Source: the human T2T-CHM13v2.0 reference genome, Homo sapiens. From it: a stretch of DNA of 64,000 bases. The DNA is taken from assembly GCF_009914755.1 (NCBI RefSeq), contig NC_060927.1; one strand, 5' to 3'. A program made the translations under genes and the position numbers. Below are positions 21,803 to 35,509 of the stretch, piece by piece (the stretch's first letter is position 1; every line of letters begins with the position of its first letter). The notes below the pieces were generated by a model that saw only the letters and a program-made list of their open reading frames with translations, did no database searches and was not told the origin of the DNA.

Positions 21803-22340
21803 CTATTCTTGTATTTCTGCCTATTTTTGCTTCATATAGTTTGAGGCATATATAACTTATTAGGTGTATATAACTTAGAGCTGTCATATCTTCCTAATGC
21901 ATTGAACTTTTTATCATTACAAAATATTTCTATTTTTATTAATGTTTTTAAAGTCTATCTTGTTTAGTATTAAAATATAATCTTATTAGCCTTCCTTTGT
22001 TTACTGTTCATATGGTGTTTATTTTTCCATCCACTTATACACAATCTTTATTTGTCTTCATATTTTAGGTGCTTTATTGGTAAACAGCATATACCTGTAT
22101 ATGCATTTGTGTGCATGTGTGTGTGTGTGTTTTATCTACTCTGACAATCTGTCTTTTATTTGAAGTGTTTGGTTTATTTACATTTAATGTAATTACTGAT
22201 ATATTGCTGTTTAAACTTACCATATTACTCTGTGCTTCCTATTTGCTTCATCTGTTATGTGTTCCCTTTTCTCTCCTTTATTAATTTCTTTTAAATTTCA
22301 TATTTTTGCCTATTCCATTTCCCCCTTAAATTAGCTTGGT
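21803..22340 (-). mobile_element. Old L1M (L1MC/ME) fragment
   Basis: TTTACATTTAATGTAATTACTGATATA, CTTGTTTAGTATTAAAATA L1M-like motifs. Confidence 0.55.
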
Positions 22341-22344
22341 AGCT

Positions 22345-23684
22345 GTAGCTGATACCTTGCATCATATCCTCTTATCCTACTTCAGATTTCTGCTGCGACT
22401 GTAGTAGAGAGCTCCTTCTGAGTGCAGCTTTACCTCAGGTGAACAGTATCTCATTTCCAGCACTCAATATGTATTTTTCACTTTCAGTCCCAGGGAATTC
22501 TCTGATGGCAAAAGGGAGCAAGTGCCCTAACCCTTAAAGTTTCGCAGAAGCAGTTGCTTCCCCTCTTCTGGAGGAGACTAATCTCATTTTCCCGGTAACC
22601 ATAAAAAAACTCCCTCAGATGGCTGCTTCACAGGGCGATATTCACCCTTCTTGAGATTAGCTCATGCTATATGTCACTGCCTACAGACCAACAGCTTAAG
22701 AGGAGAAATAGTCTTCACCAAGATTAAATATCTTGCTTTCCAAAAGAATTTCAGGGCCCAGCTAATATGAATCAGCAGGAACCAGGAGAACATATGTGAG
22801 TATTGGAGTATATGTGGTGAAACATTGACCAGACAGGGAAGAATTTATCAACATGGTAGCACTCTCTTCTGACTCTGAATTTAGTAACCTGGAAAGGACA
22901 TTTGGGGTCTATACTAGTAGCCTGCTGGAATGACTCCTTGAAGCTTGGGCATGATAAGGATTTACAATAAAAGAGGTGGTGTGGTGGCTTATGCCTGCAA
23001 TCCAAGCACTTTGAGAGGATTGCTTGAGGCCAAGAGTTTGAGACCAGCTTGAAAAATATAATGAGACTCCATATCTACAAGAACATTATAAAAATTTAGT
23101 TGGGCATGGTGGTATGCACCTGTGGTCCCAGCTACTTGGGAGGCTGAGGTGGGAGGATCACGTGAGCCCAGGAGTTCAATGCTGCTGTGAGCCACTGTTA
23201 TTGTGTCACTGTGCTCTAGCCTGGGTGGCAGAGCAATACACTGTCTCTAAAAAAAATACAAAGAAAAAAAGGTGGAAATGCCAGATCTGCCTTGGCAGAA
23301 TATTGAGGGAGGGAGGATCAGAGGGCTTGGGGAGGTAGATTTATTATATGAGACTAGAGATCTCATCCCTTGATTATGTTGCCCAAGAGAACCCAGAGTA
23401 AACTGAATCCATTGCAATCATAAGGAATTCATTAGTAAAGTAGTAACGCACTTGGTGTTTCTGAGCACTGGTGACCATCCACTATTTAACAATAGGAGAT
23501 ACTGCCACAGTGCTGGGCTCCCTAAAAGCAATGATAAGATTTCAGAATATGAGAGTGCAGGTGAGGATAAGCTGGACTTAATTACTGTAATGGGATGCAG
23601 GGTCAGAGTACCAGTAGTTACCAGAGTACTTAGTGCCTTGGCAGGCAGGGATCTGTGGTGATGGCTAACAGACCATGGTGTTTC
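22345..23684 (+). mobile_element. Degenerate ERVL (LTR16/HERV16-like LTR plus gag remnant)
   Basis: AGGGATCTGTGGTGATGGCTAACAGACCATGGTGTT reads RDLW*WLTDHGV, like the ERVL gag motif DLWxWLIxHGV. Confidence 0.45.
22974..23270 (+). mobile_element. AluJ
   Basis: Alu dimer with A-rich tail. Confidence 0.85.
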
Positions 23685-24168
23685 TGTTAAGAACTGTGAA
23701 GGTTCTGAGATTTTTCCCTTACATGTAAGCTAACAAACTAGTCTACCACAGTGTTGTGGATGATGACAAAGGACAAGAGACTCTTGCGTCAGGGACAAAA
23801 GGTGGTTTGTTATTCATAGTCATAGCAGGAGCCAGATTATCAGCATTCGCACTGGTTCCCAGAATACCAAATCCTACAGGATGACATGGTGAGGGCCAGT
23901 TGATATGTAAACATGCAGCAGGTTTCTGAGCTTAGAAACTTCCAATATTTTATAATGCTTGCAAGCAAACCTTTCCAACTTCTGCCCTGAAATAAGACAT
24001 TGTCTTTATTTTTTTAAAAATGCCCTCTCCTCTGGAAGGAGGCATTATCTTTATTTTCCAAGGCTGTTTGCTCTACCTTCTTGAGCTGATAGTCTAAGAA
24101 AAGGCTCTCTGTGTCTCTGTTCATAAGATATGCAGAAACCTGAGACATCAGTGAATTGTCTCCTAACA
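23685..24168 (-). mobile_element. LTR40-like (ERVL class) 3' LTR
   Basis: Minus strand starts TGTTAGGAGACAATTC..., ends ...TTAACA; preceded by purine-rich AAAACAAGGG. Confidence 0.7.
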
Positions 24169-24702
24169 ATATTGACCCTTGTTTTTATAATACTATCTTC
24201 ACTTGGGGCAAATTTTCCCATGAATATGCCACTCCATCAGCCAATCTGATTAACCTGACCAATAGAGCTGGGACCAAGTCTCTTTAATTTGTCCCATACA
24301 GCATTTAATTAAGGCTACTATCAACAGGACTCCAAATATCAGGAGTCCCAGAATATTGACTTCAAATCTACCTCCCTTTCTGCCCAGGCTCCTGGATTAA
24401 ACCAGCTGACCAAATGCCACAAACCATCAGAATCTATCTTTGAAAGCCAAATGGCTTTTTCTTTAGGTTTCTGTGTTGACCTTTCCACTAGGCCCAAAAA
24501 GGCATTAATCTTGATTCAATAGGATGTATGAGTGATGGTACAATAGGAGTGATGGTACAGACTCTGACTTGGTCTGTAAGGAGAAAGTCTGTCATCTATA
24601 ACAATCCTGGCTAGTGAGTTGAGACTGACCTGAATGCCTTTAAGGACCAAAGTGGTGTCATTGATGACATCATTTAAAGTAAGGGGTAAGTCTTGCATCA
24701 TC

Positions 24703-25005
24703 TTTGTTTTTTTTTTTTTTTAGAAAATGTCTTATTCTGTTGCCCAGGCTGGAGTGCAGAGTAGGGTGATCTCAGCTCACTGCAACCTCGCCTTCTGGGC
24801 TCAGGTGATCCTCTCACTTCAGCCTCCCAAGTAGCTGGGACTACAGGTGTGTGCCACCATGCTCGGAAAACTTTTTGTATTTTTTTTGTAGAGATGGGGC
24901 TTTGCCACATTGTCCAGGCTGGTCTCAAACTCCTGAGCTCAAGCCATCTGCCTGCCTCAGACTCCCAAAGTGCTGGAGTTACAGACCAGAGCCACCACAC
25001 CTGGC
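24703..25005 (-). mobile_element. Alu (J/S)
   Basis: Dimer with poly-T. Confidence 0.88.
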
Positions 25006-25065
25006 CCATCATTTCTAATTATACAACTTCCATTGTTGGAAAAACTACCAGGAGGGTGTGCATAA

Positions 25066-25248
<183 letters not shown>

Positions 25249-25367
25249 TAGTCTCATTTTTTAAAGAGATCTCCTTGGTGATCTGAAAGTTTCATAATCT
25301 GCTGGTAGTGTTTGTTTAAATGCTAGTAGGTCTCTTCTGACAACTCCTAAGATGCAACTCACTATGG

Positions 25368-25671
25368 TTTTTGTTGTTGTTGTTGTTTTAACAGACAGGA
25401 TCTCACTCTGTTGCCCAAGCTGGAGTGCAGCAGTGCTATCATAGCTCACTGTAGCCTTAACCTCCTGGACTCAAGCAACCCTTCTGCCTCAGCCTCTGGA
25501 AGAGTTGGGACTACAGGTGAATGCCACCATGCCAGGCTAATTTTTAATTTTTCGAGGAGATGGGGTCTTGTTATGTTGCCAAGGTTGGTTTTGAACTCCT
25601 AGCTTCAAGAAATCCTCCCTCCTCAGCCCCCCAGAGTGTAGGGATTATAGGCATGAACAACCAGGCCTGGC
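25368..25671 (-). mobile_element. AluJ
   Basis: Dimer with (GTT)n tail; CACTATG on both flanks. Confidence 0.85.
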
Positions 25672-26884
25672 CCACTATGTTTTTGGGAGGGAGGCAAGTT
25701 AATGCCAAACTTCTCAAGAAGGATGGTACTGGAGATGTGCATGGCTCCCCTAGAAAGACCAGGATTGTCGACAATTGCTGGGGCCCTCAGGGGAACCCAC
25801 ATCAGTGGGGTTGGAGGAAGGACTACAAATGACAGTTCTTCCAGTGTGGCTTCCTGGCTAGTTGGTAAGTCTTGGGGTTCTTAGTTAAGTTAGAAAAATT
25901 GAAGCTGGTTGTTTTTGGAAAGACTGTCCGAGGGTAACCAGTCCTATCTGTCCTGTCTGTCCATGCCACTGGCTGAGTGGCATTTGTTTACCCCCAAGAG
26001 TGACTTCTCAGTCCTGACTCTGATGATGATCATCAGACTCCGATGAAGACATTCAGAGGTGTTGACAGGTGCTTGGTGTGGGAAGTATAGGAGTTGGGGC
26101 CATCCTTTGATGTTGCCAACAGTCTTCTTGGTAAGGTTAAGGGAATGGTTATCAAATTGTGGTAAGAACTATCGGATGGGGTGGCAGAACCACAGTCAGT
26201 AAAATTTAAGGTGCTTGCAACAGTTTGGGAGAGCGTCATTAAGGCATTTTCTCTGGGGAGGAAGGCTCTAAGGCAGTTCTGAAAGACAAAGTATCACTAA
26301 TGTCCCTCTTTCCTCTGTATATCACAGGGTCTAATGTGTATCTTCCTCATGTGCCAGGCTTGTTGCTTTCCTTTCACCCCAGTCGTCCCCTATTCACACC
26401 AAGCCCTTTTGTCCAGAGGGCCAGGTGCAGGAAGGATAGTACATTTTGATAAGTTTATAGAGATCCCTTATGTCCACTCCTTGGGCCCACACAGGATACT
26501 ATAGGAGGACTCGGTGAGCAGTGTACTCAACTCAACTCTTAAGTGTTCATTACCTTTATGATCTAGGACAAGGTCTGTCCAACAAGAGATTGCAGGTGGC
26601 TGAACCAGAATTAAGTTTGAATCCCCTAGCCTTTTGTCCAGCCTAACTCTGAAGGTCACACCAACCCAGCTGGCCTAGTGTTACCATTAAGAGAAAGAAT
26701 GAAACATCATGCCCAAGAATGGTCAGGTCAGGATCCCAAATTTTCCTAACTCTCTGCTTCTTTCATCTGGAACATGACCCAGGAAGCAGCTGAGCAAGAT
26801 GATCCCTTTCTGGAGAGAGTTACATCCAGTGACCAAACTAAATTGTGGTGGTCAGGAGGAGGTGAGGGAGATAGAGTCAGAAGT

Positions 26885-28314
26885 ATTTTTTTAAACTTTT
26901 TCTTTCGAGCTAATTGTAGATGCACATGCAAGTTGTAAGAAATAATACAGAGAAAGCCTGTGTACTCATCACCCAGTTTCCCCCAATGGTAACATTCTGC
27001 AGAATTACATTATCTCAATATCTCAACAATATCCCATGGATACAGTCAAGCTATTAATAAAAATTTCCATCACCACAAAGATCCCTCATGTTGTTCTTTC
27101 ATAGCCAAGCCTACTTGCCTCCTACTCCACCATCTCCTTAATACCTGGCAACCACTTATCTGCTCTTTATTTGTATAATTTTGTAACTTGAAGGATGTTG
27201 CACAAATAGAATTACAAAGTATGTATGGAAAGCATCCAGTCTTTCACATTCAGTATAAGGTCAGCTGTAGGTACTTTGGTAGGTGTTCTTTATCAAGTGT
27301 GGAAATTCCCTTCTATTCTTCTTTTTCTGAGCGTTTTTATGGTGCTGAATTTTGTCAAGTGCTTGTTCTACATTGATTGATATATTCATGCGATTTTTCT
27401 TTTCTTTAGCTTGTTCATATCAGGAATTGCATTGATCGACATTTGTTTTTTTTTTTTTTTTTGAGACAGAGTTTCACTCTGTTGCCCCATCTAGAGTGCA
27501 GTGGCAACTGCAGTCTCAACCCCCCAGGCTCAGGTGATCCTCCCACCTCAGTCCCACCTGTACCTGAGACTACAGGTGTGTGACACCATGCTGGGCTAAT
27601 TTTCATATTTTGTGTAGAGATGGGGTTGTGTCCTGTTGCCCAGGCTGGTCTCAAACTTCTGGGCTCAAAGGATTCGCTGGACTTGGTCTCCCAAAGTGCT
27701 GGGATTACAGGCATGAGGCACCACGCCTGGGTTGATTGACTTTAGAATTTTGATTTTGCATCCCTGAAAAAAACTCCACTATGTTGTGGTGTATAATTAT
27801 TTTTATATATTGCTGAATTCTGTTTGGTAATACGTTGTTAAAGATTTCTGCATCTTCACCTTGTTACAGCCTGGAAAAGGCGGGAGTCTAGGATTTCTAC
27901 TCAGCCTCTGTTCATGTAGGAGTGAGTGGGGCCAGGGTTTTTCCTGTGGTGTTTGGCTGAAGTAGAGCCATTACTGCCTAAAAGTTTTTCTGTCTTTCTA
28001 GGCTTCCCATTTCCTGGTCCTTGACTAGAGAGAGCAGGGTTCGTTGAGACTTTTTTGTCTGTGCCTGTTGTCATTTTTGGGTTGCTGGCTTCTTCAGCTC
28101 CAAGTTTGGGGCAAAGAAACAACAGAAAGCAAGCCCAGGGAACTCAGCATCATGTCATTCCTTGGGTTCTGAGATTTCTAGCTCATCTGTCTTCTTCTCT
28201 CAACCTCTTGGAGTTTCCAATGTTGGAAAATATATGAAGTCCAGGATTTTTTGTTGTGCTTAGCAGGAGAAATGGAATACTGATGTCCACTCCATCTTCC
28301 TGAGAGCAGAAGGA

Positions 28315-28345
<31 letters not shown>
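26885..28345 (-). mobile_element. L1MC/L1MD fragments containing an Alu
   Basis: GCAAGTTGTAAGAAATAATACAGAGA...CCCAGTTTCCCCCAATGGTAACAT is an L1MC-type 3' end. Confidence 0.65.
27443..27731 (-). mobile_element. AluJ
   Basis: Dimer with small internal deletion. Confidence 0.85.
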
Positions 28346-28695
28346 GTGATTTTTGGTCAATATCAGATGCCTGTTGATGGTAATGAGTGTGGAGGGTTAA
28401 TCAATACCTTGACTATCAGCCCACTGTTGAGCGGCTTCTGTGATAAAAAGTGCAGCATTGTGAGATTACAAATGATTCAGAAAGCTGAACACATGACACA
28501 TTACTTTCAAGGGCTACATTCAAATGTTGCTCCTTTGTGGGTTTCCTTGACTGCCAGAAGGATTGGAGTGTTGTGGTTGCACTCATGTAGTGCCACTTTA
28601 CTTGCTGAGCAGGCTCCTGCATTTGTGGGGGTCTTACAGAGTTATGATAACATTGCAGTCAGGTCCATTGAAATTGAGGTGTCTGACTATCCAAT

Positions 28696-29094
28696 TGTGG
28701 CAGACAGACTTGTAGGTGGCCCCTGTGATCTCTATTCTCTGGCTTTTCAGAACCGTGGATGGCCATTGGGAGCCTAAGAGCAGTCTTTCGGAGCTAAGGG
28801 CAGCCTCTAGCTCACATCTAGAAAGAAACTGGGGAGTCAGTCCTAGAGCTGCAAAGAAATGAATTCTGTCAATGACCTGAGAAAGCTTGGAAATGATTCT
28901 TCTCCAGTAGAGCCTGCAGATGACAATGCAGCCCGGCTGACACCTTGATTGCACCCTTGTGAGAGCATAAGCAGAGGATCTAGTTTGGCCATGCCTGGAC
29001 TTCCAACCTTCAGAAACTGTGCAGTGATATACATGTGTTGTACAAAGCACTAAGTTTGTGGGAATCTGTTGCGCAGCAATAGATGACAAATACA
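28696..29094 (+). mobile_element. MLT1 solo LTR
   Basis: TGTGGCAG...CTAAGTTTGTGGGAATCTGTTGCGCAGCAATAGATGACAAATACA; near-perfect 5-bp TSD CCAAT/CCAAC. Confidence 0.8.
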
Positions 29095-29819
29095 CCAACA
29101 AACAAGACATTATCATTGTAGTGAAAGCTTTGGACACTCATAATAAATTCTGACCCCTGCAGGGATGGCAAATTGCAGATGAGTTTATGTATCTATGATG
29201 GAGTGCTGCAAACATATGTTTGGAGACATCTGTGGTAGGCTGGGATAGGTGCTGGGTCTTGGAGATTATTTTAATATCTATTTTATAAGGTAGTTGTAAG
29301 AATTAAATGTGATAATGCAGGTAAAAACTGTTTAATGCGGGGTCTGGTGCCTTCCCTGGCGTGCAGCCCAGTGAGTGTGGCTCTTGCCCACTTAATATTT
29401 CAATGAGGGAACGGTTCTGTCAATATGCACAAATTATAATGGCAATTGATTTGCAGATCTCTTCTTTCCTCCTCTCCTTCTAACTCACTAATCAAAAAAC
29501 TGGTTAACCCTCCAACTGCTTTCCCAAGTTCAAAGCAACGTTTGGCGCAGTCCTTTCTCAATTCTCACACAACAAAGCAGTATTTCTCGGTTCCCTACAA
29601 CGACCATCACTCAATACAAAAAACCAAGCAGGTCTGCCAAACCACTCTCATACCCAGTCCTGGTCATCTCCGCAGGAACAACTTCAATTCTGGTTAATAA
29701 GGACTTCAACGAAGGGTTCATTAAGGTTTTCCCTCCACCGAAAGAAAGAATACCGTCCCCAGGGAGCAGGCTCTTGGGCCCTATTATTTGCTCCCTGGAG
29801 AAAGTGAAGAGAGAGGAAT

Positions 29820-30460
29820 CCCAAGGCGTGGCCTGAACGCCCTTTGGGGGCGTGGGCAGCCCGGAGCCCCAGCCTCTTCCACTCCAAGCACCAGGCGCGT
29901 CTTATTTTCAGCCCCCAAACGGCTACAAATCATCCGCCTTATTTTCAGCCTCCAAACGGCTACAAATCATCCTGTTTAAACAAAGCGGTCTGTCTAAAAG
30001 GAGGGGCATAACAGGGCCGGGGCAGGGGCAAGACCTGGGAGTAGGCAACCTCCCTCTCTGCCCCGAGCCGTCCCGGCCGCGCAGCCGCCGAGTGCCACAT
30101 CAGCGACGGCGCTGCACTTCCACATTCCCTTAGGATGCAGCCAGCGGGCCTGAGAGAGGGGCGGGCCCGAGGCCCTCCGGAGTGGCGGGCCGCCCGGCCA
30201 ATCGGCAGCAAGTGAAGAGCTGCGGCCACCAATGAGCTGGGGCTTGTGCCAGCCGCGGCCGCCGAGGCCCGTGCCCCGCGGGGGGAACAGATGAAGCACA
30301 TCTGGACAGCTGTGCGGCCTCCTCGCGGGCCGACGTCAGCCGAGCACGTCCCCCACGTCCTCTCCTTCTCGCCACTTATTATTTATTCGTTTTCCCAAAG
30401 AAGCGACTAGGGACCCAAGTTTAAAAATTCCTCCCCCCACCCAATGCGAGACGTGGCCAG
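29820..30460 (+). promoter_or_regulatory. TMEM45A: CpG-island promoter of TMEM45A
   Basis: Only non-repeat CpG-dense region in the window; GC box 30158-30166; CCAAT at 30198 and 30229; GACGTCA 30332; ACGTG/CACGT cores at 30345, 30354, 30451. Confidence 0.85.
29901..29972. repeat. 37-bp tandem duplication
   Basis: CTTATTTTCAGCCYCCAAACGGCTACAAATCATCC twice, one mismatch. Confidence 0.95.
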
Positions 30461-30602
30461 ATCCCATCCAACACACGGTTTAATTTTCATGGGGCTCTGG
30501 GATCAAAAGAACAGAAACAGCAACAACAAAAGCCCAGCCGCTGTCTGATTTTAAGCTGGCAAAGTGGGAAAAATAAAGTGTTGAGTAAACAGACCAAGTT
30601 GG
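30295..30602 (+). other. TMEM45A: TMEM45A non-coding exon 1 (start approximate)
   Basis: Ends ...AACAGACCAAGTTGG|GTAAGT (strong donor); matches my recollection of the 5'UTR that splices to ATCATGGGGAAT (MGNFRGH...). Confidence 0.8.
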
Positions 30603-31254
30603 GTAAGTTTTGGATACGTGCTGGATATCATATTTCTCTTGCCGTGATCTCTATCCTGTGTCTTTTTACTGTTCTCACCAGCTTTCTCTTCATCAAGGGG
30701 AGAAAAGTAACACTTGCTGCGACAAACTGGACCCTTCGCTCCCTTCTCTTCCGTTTCACTAACATTTTAATTTAATTTTTTTGGTTTGCTATTCTTTTTT
30801 TTTTTTTTTTTTTTTTGGTGAGCTAGTTTTAAATATCCTGGGAGCAGCAATGTGACTGATATTCTGTTGTAAACCTCTAACTCCAAAATTGAATCTATTG
30901 ATAAATTTATTTCTCTATTTTCTTTCTGTGAAAATACTGTGGGTATTTGTAAAGCCAAAATCGTTTTTTATCCCCAACTCTGGGACTGTTTTGATGGGAG
31001 ATTGAGAAAATTATCTGATCTTTTCAGAATTAACACGTTTGCTTCTGTTAATAGGATGTCTAATATAAATTACGTAAAACCTGGGTTATGCAGGTAGTTG
31101 CTGGATTTTTCACTTAAATCTGGAGGTAGTTGCAAGCCAAATATATATCTTTTCGGTATTCTCCTATCCATAGTGGGAGACCTGAATTCCTTTATAATTG
31201 TTAAAAACAAACAAACATGTGACAGACCACTTGTGTGTTCATAAACTTATAATT

Positions 31255-31390
31255 GTATATATATACTATATAGTATATATGCACTATATAGTATGGTATA
31301 TATACTATATACATGCTATGTATACACTATGCTATATGGTGTATATGCTCTATGTATGCTATATAGTATACTCTATATACGCTATATATT
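31255..31390. repeat. TA-rich low-complexity tract
   Basis: Seen directly. Confidence 0.85.
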
Positions 31391-31727
<337 letters not shown>

Positions 31728-32014
31728 TAATTCTATCAAAATAATATAAAATTGTTATATGTACATGCTTGCAGATAGTTCCGGTATACATTACAGGATT
31801 TAGAAACAGAATGATGAAAAATATTCAGTTAAGTGAGTGGCCTGAGACCCACTCCATCTGAAACATGTATAATCCCCTCTGTTTAACCAATGTTTTGGAT
31901 TTGAGACTTTTGTCATATGTTATTTACTATCATGGGAGAGCTGGATAGAATGGATCTTTAATTTCCGGCTCAGAAAGCAGTAGATGGGAATTTAGTACAA
32001 TAATTAAAAGTTGC

Positions 32015-32318
32015 AGCCTGGGCGCGGTGGCTCACGCCTGTAATCCCAGCACTTTGGGAGGCCAAGGCAGGTTGACCATGAGGTCAGGAGATCGAAACCA
32101 TCCTGGCCAACATGGTGAATCCCTGTCTCTGCTAAAAATACAAAAATTAGCTGGGTGTGGTGGTGCGCACCTGTAATCCCAGCTACTTGGGAGGCTGAGG
32201 CAAGAGAAACTCTTGAACCCAAGAGACAGAGATTGCAGTGAGCCAAGATCACGCCACTGCACTCCAGCCATCTCCAGCTCTGGTGACAGAGTGAGACTCC
32301 GTCTAAAAAAAAAAAAAA
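32015..32318 (+). mobile_element. AluS (Sc/Sg-like)
   Basis: Full dimer with poly-A. Confidence 0.9.
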
Positions 32319-32419
32319 TTCTAAGTGTGTTTTTGATTCAGAAAGGTAATGCATACAAAGTGGATGGAGCAGCTGAAGTGATTTGCAGGGAAGCAGGCTT
32401 AGAAGGAACAGTATTGCAG

Positions 32420-32670
32420 AGAAGCGATGTAAAGAGCCAGCTGGCCTGGTTCAATTTACAGCCCTACAACAGTAACTTACCTAGGGCAAGTTACTCAGCC
32501 CCCCTGTGCCTCAGCTTCCTCCTCTGTAACATGGAGAGTTTCCTCCTCTGTGGTGAGTTTCCTTCTCAGTTCCCTCATCTGTAATGTGCTAATAATAATG
32601 GCACCTACATCATGGGGTTGTCTCGAGTACTGAGTTAGCATACATTGAACACTTGGAATAGTTCTGGCCT
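32420..32670 (+). mobile_element. MIR
   Basis: GGGCAAGTTACTCAGCCCCCTGTGCCTCAG...CCTCATCTGTAAAATG core. Confidence 0.7.
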
Positions 32671-34829
32671 GTAGTCCCATAGCATGTCTTTGCTGTTGTA
32701 CTCACTCTTTGTTATCTTCCTTCCCAGCCTGCACTGTTGCACATCAGTTTCCCCAGCTGCCATTTTGACTTCTGCTCTAGCAACTGGTATTAACTGAGTG
32801 CTGACCACTTGCTAGCCAGCATTGTATGAGGCTATAAGGAGAGAGAGTCTTGAATGAGGAGTGAGGTAGAATTGATCTTCTTAGGAAGATCTAGAAGGTT
32901 CTGAAATGCAGGGAATAGAAAAAGGCTATCTTTTGTAGGATGGCTTCACAGAAGGGCTTGCGTTTCTGGGAATGGGTTTTGTCAAACAGTTCTGGTTTGG
33001 GAATGGGAGGAAGGGAAGGGATTATAGAGGAGCAGGAACATTTTAGGAGGAAGGAGACCTTTTGCAGGGGCAAAGGCACTATGGCTGGAAAGTGAGGAGC
33101 TATCCTGTGGATGTTGGGACATTGGGATAATCTGTGGGAGGTTAGTTGGAGGAAAGTTTGGAAAGGTGGGAGAGGTGGGAAGGGACAGCATAAATTACCT
33201 GATAAGGAAAGAGAGGCTTGGGAGGTAGATTGGTGGGGAGATGGCAAGCCGAACTGTCAGCAGTTACACAGAAGAGGTGTTTCTGGAATAATCCATCTCT
33301 GGGGTCCTGTCTTCTCTCTTGCCCAGCATTCCCTTCCCATCTGCTCCACTGCTTCTATAACCTCCATCCAGGTCCTGCAGGTTGGGTGGGTAGGGATGGG
33401 CAGTGAGTCTGTGTTTTGGAGTCATTCCATGGTGGCTGTCTTGGAGCTCTGTTTAAGTGGTCTGGTGCTCAGGGCAGTTACCCAGGCTACTTTTTGTTAA
33501 CAGGCCATGCCCTAAAATCTTTGACATGGATGTGATTGTTACAACCCTCCCCATCCGCATACACGCCCATAGTGTATGCCGAGTAGCTCTTTCTCATCCT
33601 GCTGATAGAATCATCTACTCACATTTTAACACATATAACTTCATAACTTACAATTATTGAAGTAGATAAGAACTGTAATATGCACTTAAGTGGAGAGTCA
33701 CTTTGGAGTTCCCTTGCTTTCTCTTCCCTGAGAGCATTGTTCTGTGGTAGAGAGGTGTGCCTGATGCTGCTGTTGACCACCTGTGTGACTTCAGGCAAGA
33801 CATTGAACCCTTGTGGTCCTCCTTGCCATCATCTGTGAAATGATCTCTAGAGGCCCTTTTTCTCTCAGATAATCATTTATTCTTCTCCCCGGATCCCTGG
33901 AACAGTCCATTATTCACAGATGCCTATTTGATACATCTGCGACTAATATTTTCTGATCACTTAATACATGGAGAACGTTCTGATGATGGTCATGTCCTCC
34001 TCACATCCTCCTGTGAGGGTTGGTACCTATTTGTGTCCTGTTTTTCTAGTTGAGGAGACAAGGGCAAAGGCAGTTTAAGAAATTTGCCCAAGATTACACA
34101 GTGAACAAGTGGCAGGTGTAGAACCAGTCTAACTTTGTAGCCCGAGCCTTACCCAATAGGCTATGCTACCTTAGGTATAATACAGCTACAGCTGCTCTTC
34201 GTGTTTGTGGTGGTGATAGTTGAGAAGTACATGGAAGGAAGATCATTGGAGAAAGGGCATATTTGGAGATATTGATTTGGTAAAATTTGCCTGGCGGGGG
34301 CCAGAATATCAATGTGAATCTTGTCTATGAAATGTGCTCCATATGGAGACAGGAGACATGTGGATCTCATTGCAGGCATGCACTCTGTCTTTTCACCTTG
34401 TTTGAACAAAACCCACATAGCACCTGGTTGTCTAGCAGACACTCAATACATGTCAATTGAATGACTGTCCCCTTTGAAAAAGGAAGTTGTGACCACACTA
34501 TTTTTATTTAAAAAAATAAATAGAGAGACTATGAAATGTCCCAAGACTTGTGGGAAAATGGGTCAGATGCCAGGTAAACATTCTACTTCTGCTTTTGGGG
34601 CATCTCAGTTTCTCTTTTTATTTCTGGACATGCTGTGGTTTTGGGCTAAGAACTTCTCATGGTGAATATCAATGAAGGTCTATTTTAGGTATATAGTTAT
34701 TAATCATACCCATTCTGGATTTGGCATCTATCTTTTTGGGAATTCATTCCTTAAATATTTTGTGTATTGAATCAACTTTAAAATATTTGAAAAATGTTTT
34801 AGGTTGCTCTTTATCTAATGTAGTTGCTC

Positions 34830-35050
34830 TTTTCAGTATGGCATAGTGACTAAGCACACAGGCTTTGAAGTCAGACTGTGAGGGTTTGAATTCCAGATCT
34901 GATTCTTACCAATGTGGCCTTGAGCAAGTCACTTTCCTCTAGAAGCTTTTATTATCTGTAAAATGGGGGTACTCATATGCATTACATGAGAAAAGCCATG
35001 GAGAGCATTCAGTATATTGTCTGGCTCACAGTAAAGCCTGTACATGTAAG
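34830..35050 (+). mobile_element. MIR
   Basis: GGCTTTGAAGTCAGAC...CCTTGAGCAAGTCACTT...TCTGTAAAATGGGG. Confidence 0.75.
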
Positions 35051-35509
35051 CAATTCCTTTTTTATTGTGGTAAAATATATAACATAAAATTTACCATCTT
35101 AACCATTTTTAAGTATACAGTTCAATGGCATTAAGTACATTCACATTGTGTGTAACCATCACCACCATCCATCTCCAGACATTTTTCATCTTCCCAAACT
35201 GAAACTTAATACTCATTAAACAATAAATCCCTGTACCCCTTACTTTGTCAGCTTCTGGAACCAATATTCTACTTGCTATTTTTATGAATTTGACTATTCT
35301 AGGTACCTCATATAAGTGGAAGTATATAATATTTATTCTTTTATGTTTAGCTTATTTCATTTAGCAAAATGTCTTCAAGTATCATCCATGTTGTGGTATG
35401 TGCCAGAATATCCTTCCTTTTTAAGGCTGAATAATATTTCATTGTATGTATATACCATCTTTTGTTTTTCCATTCATTCATTGGTAGAGGGACTTAGGTT
35501 GTTTTCACC

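Noticed and set aside
28317-28695. Poly-T next to unique-looking sequence suggested a processed pseudogene
   Set aside because: Minus-strand translation gives retroviral integrase motifs collinear with the LTR40-type element.
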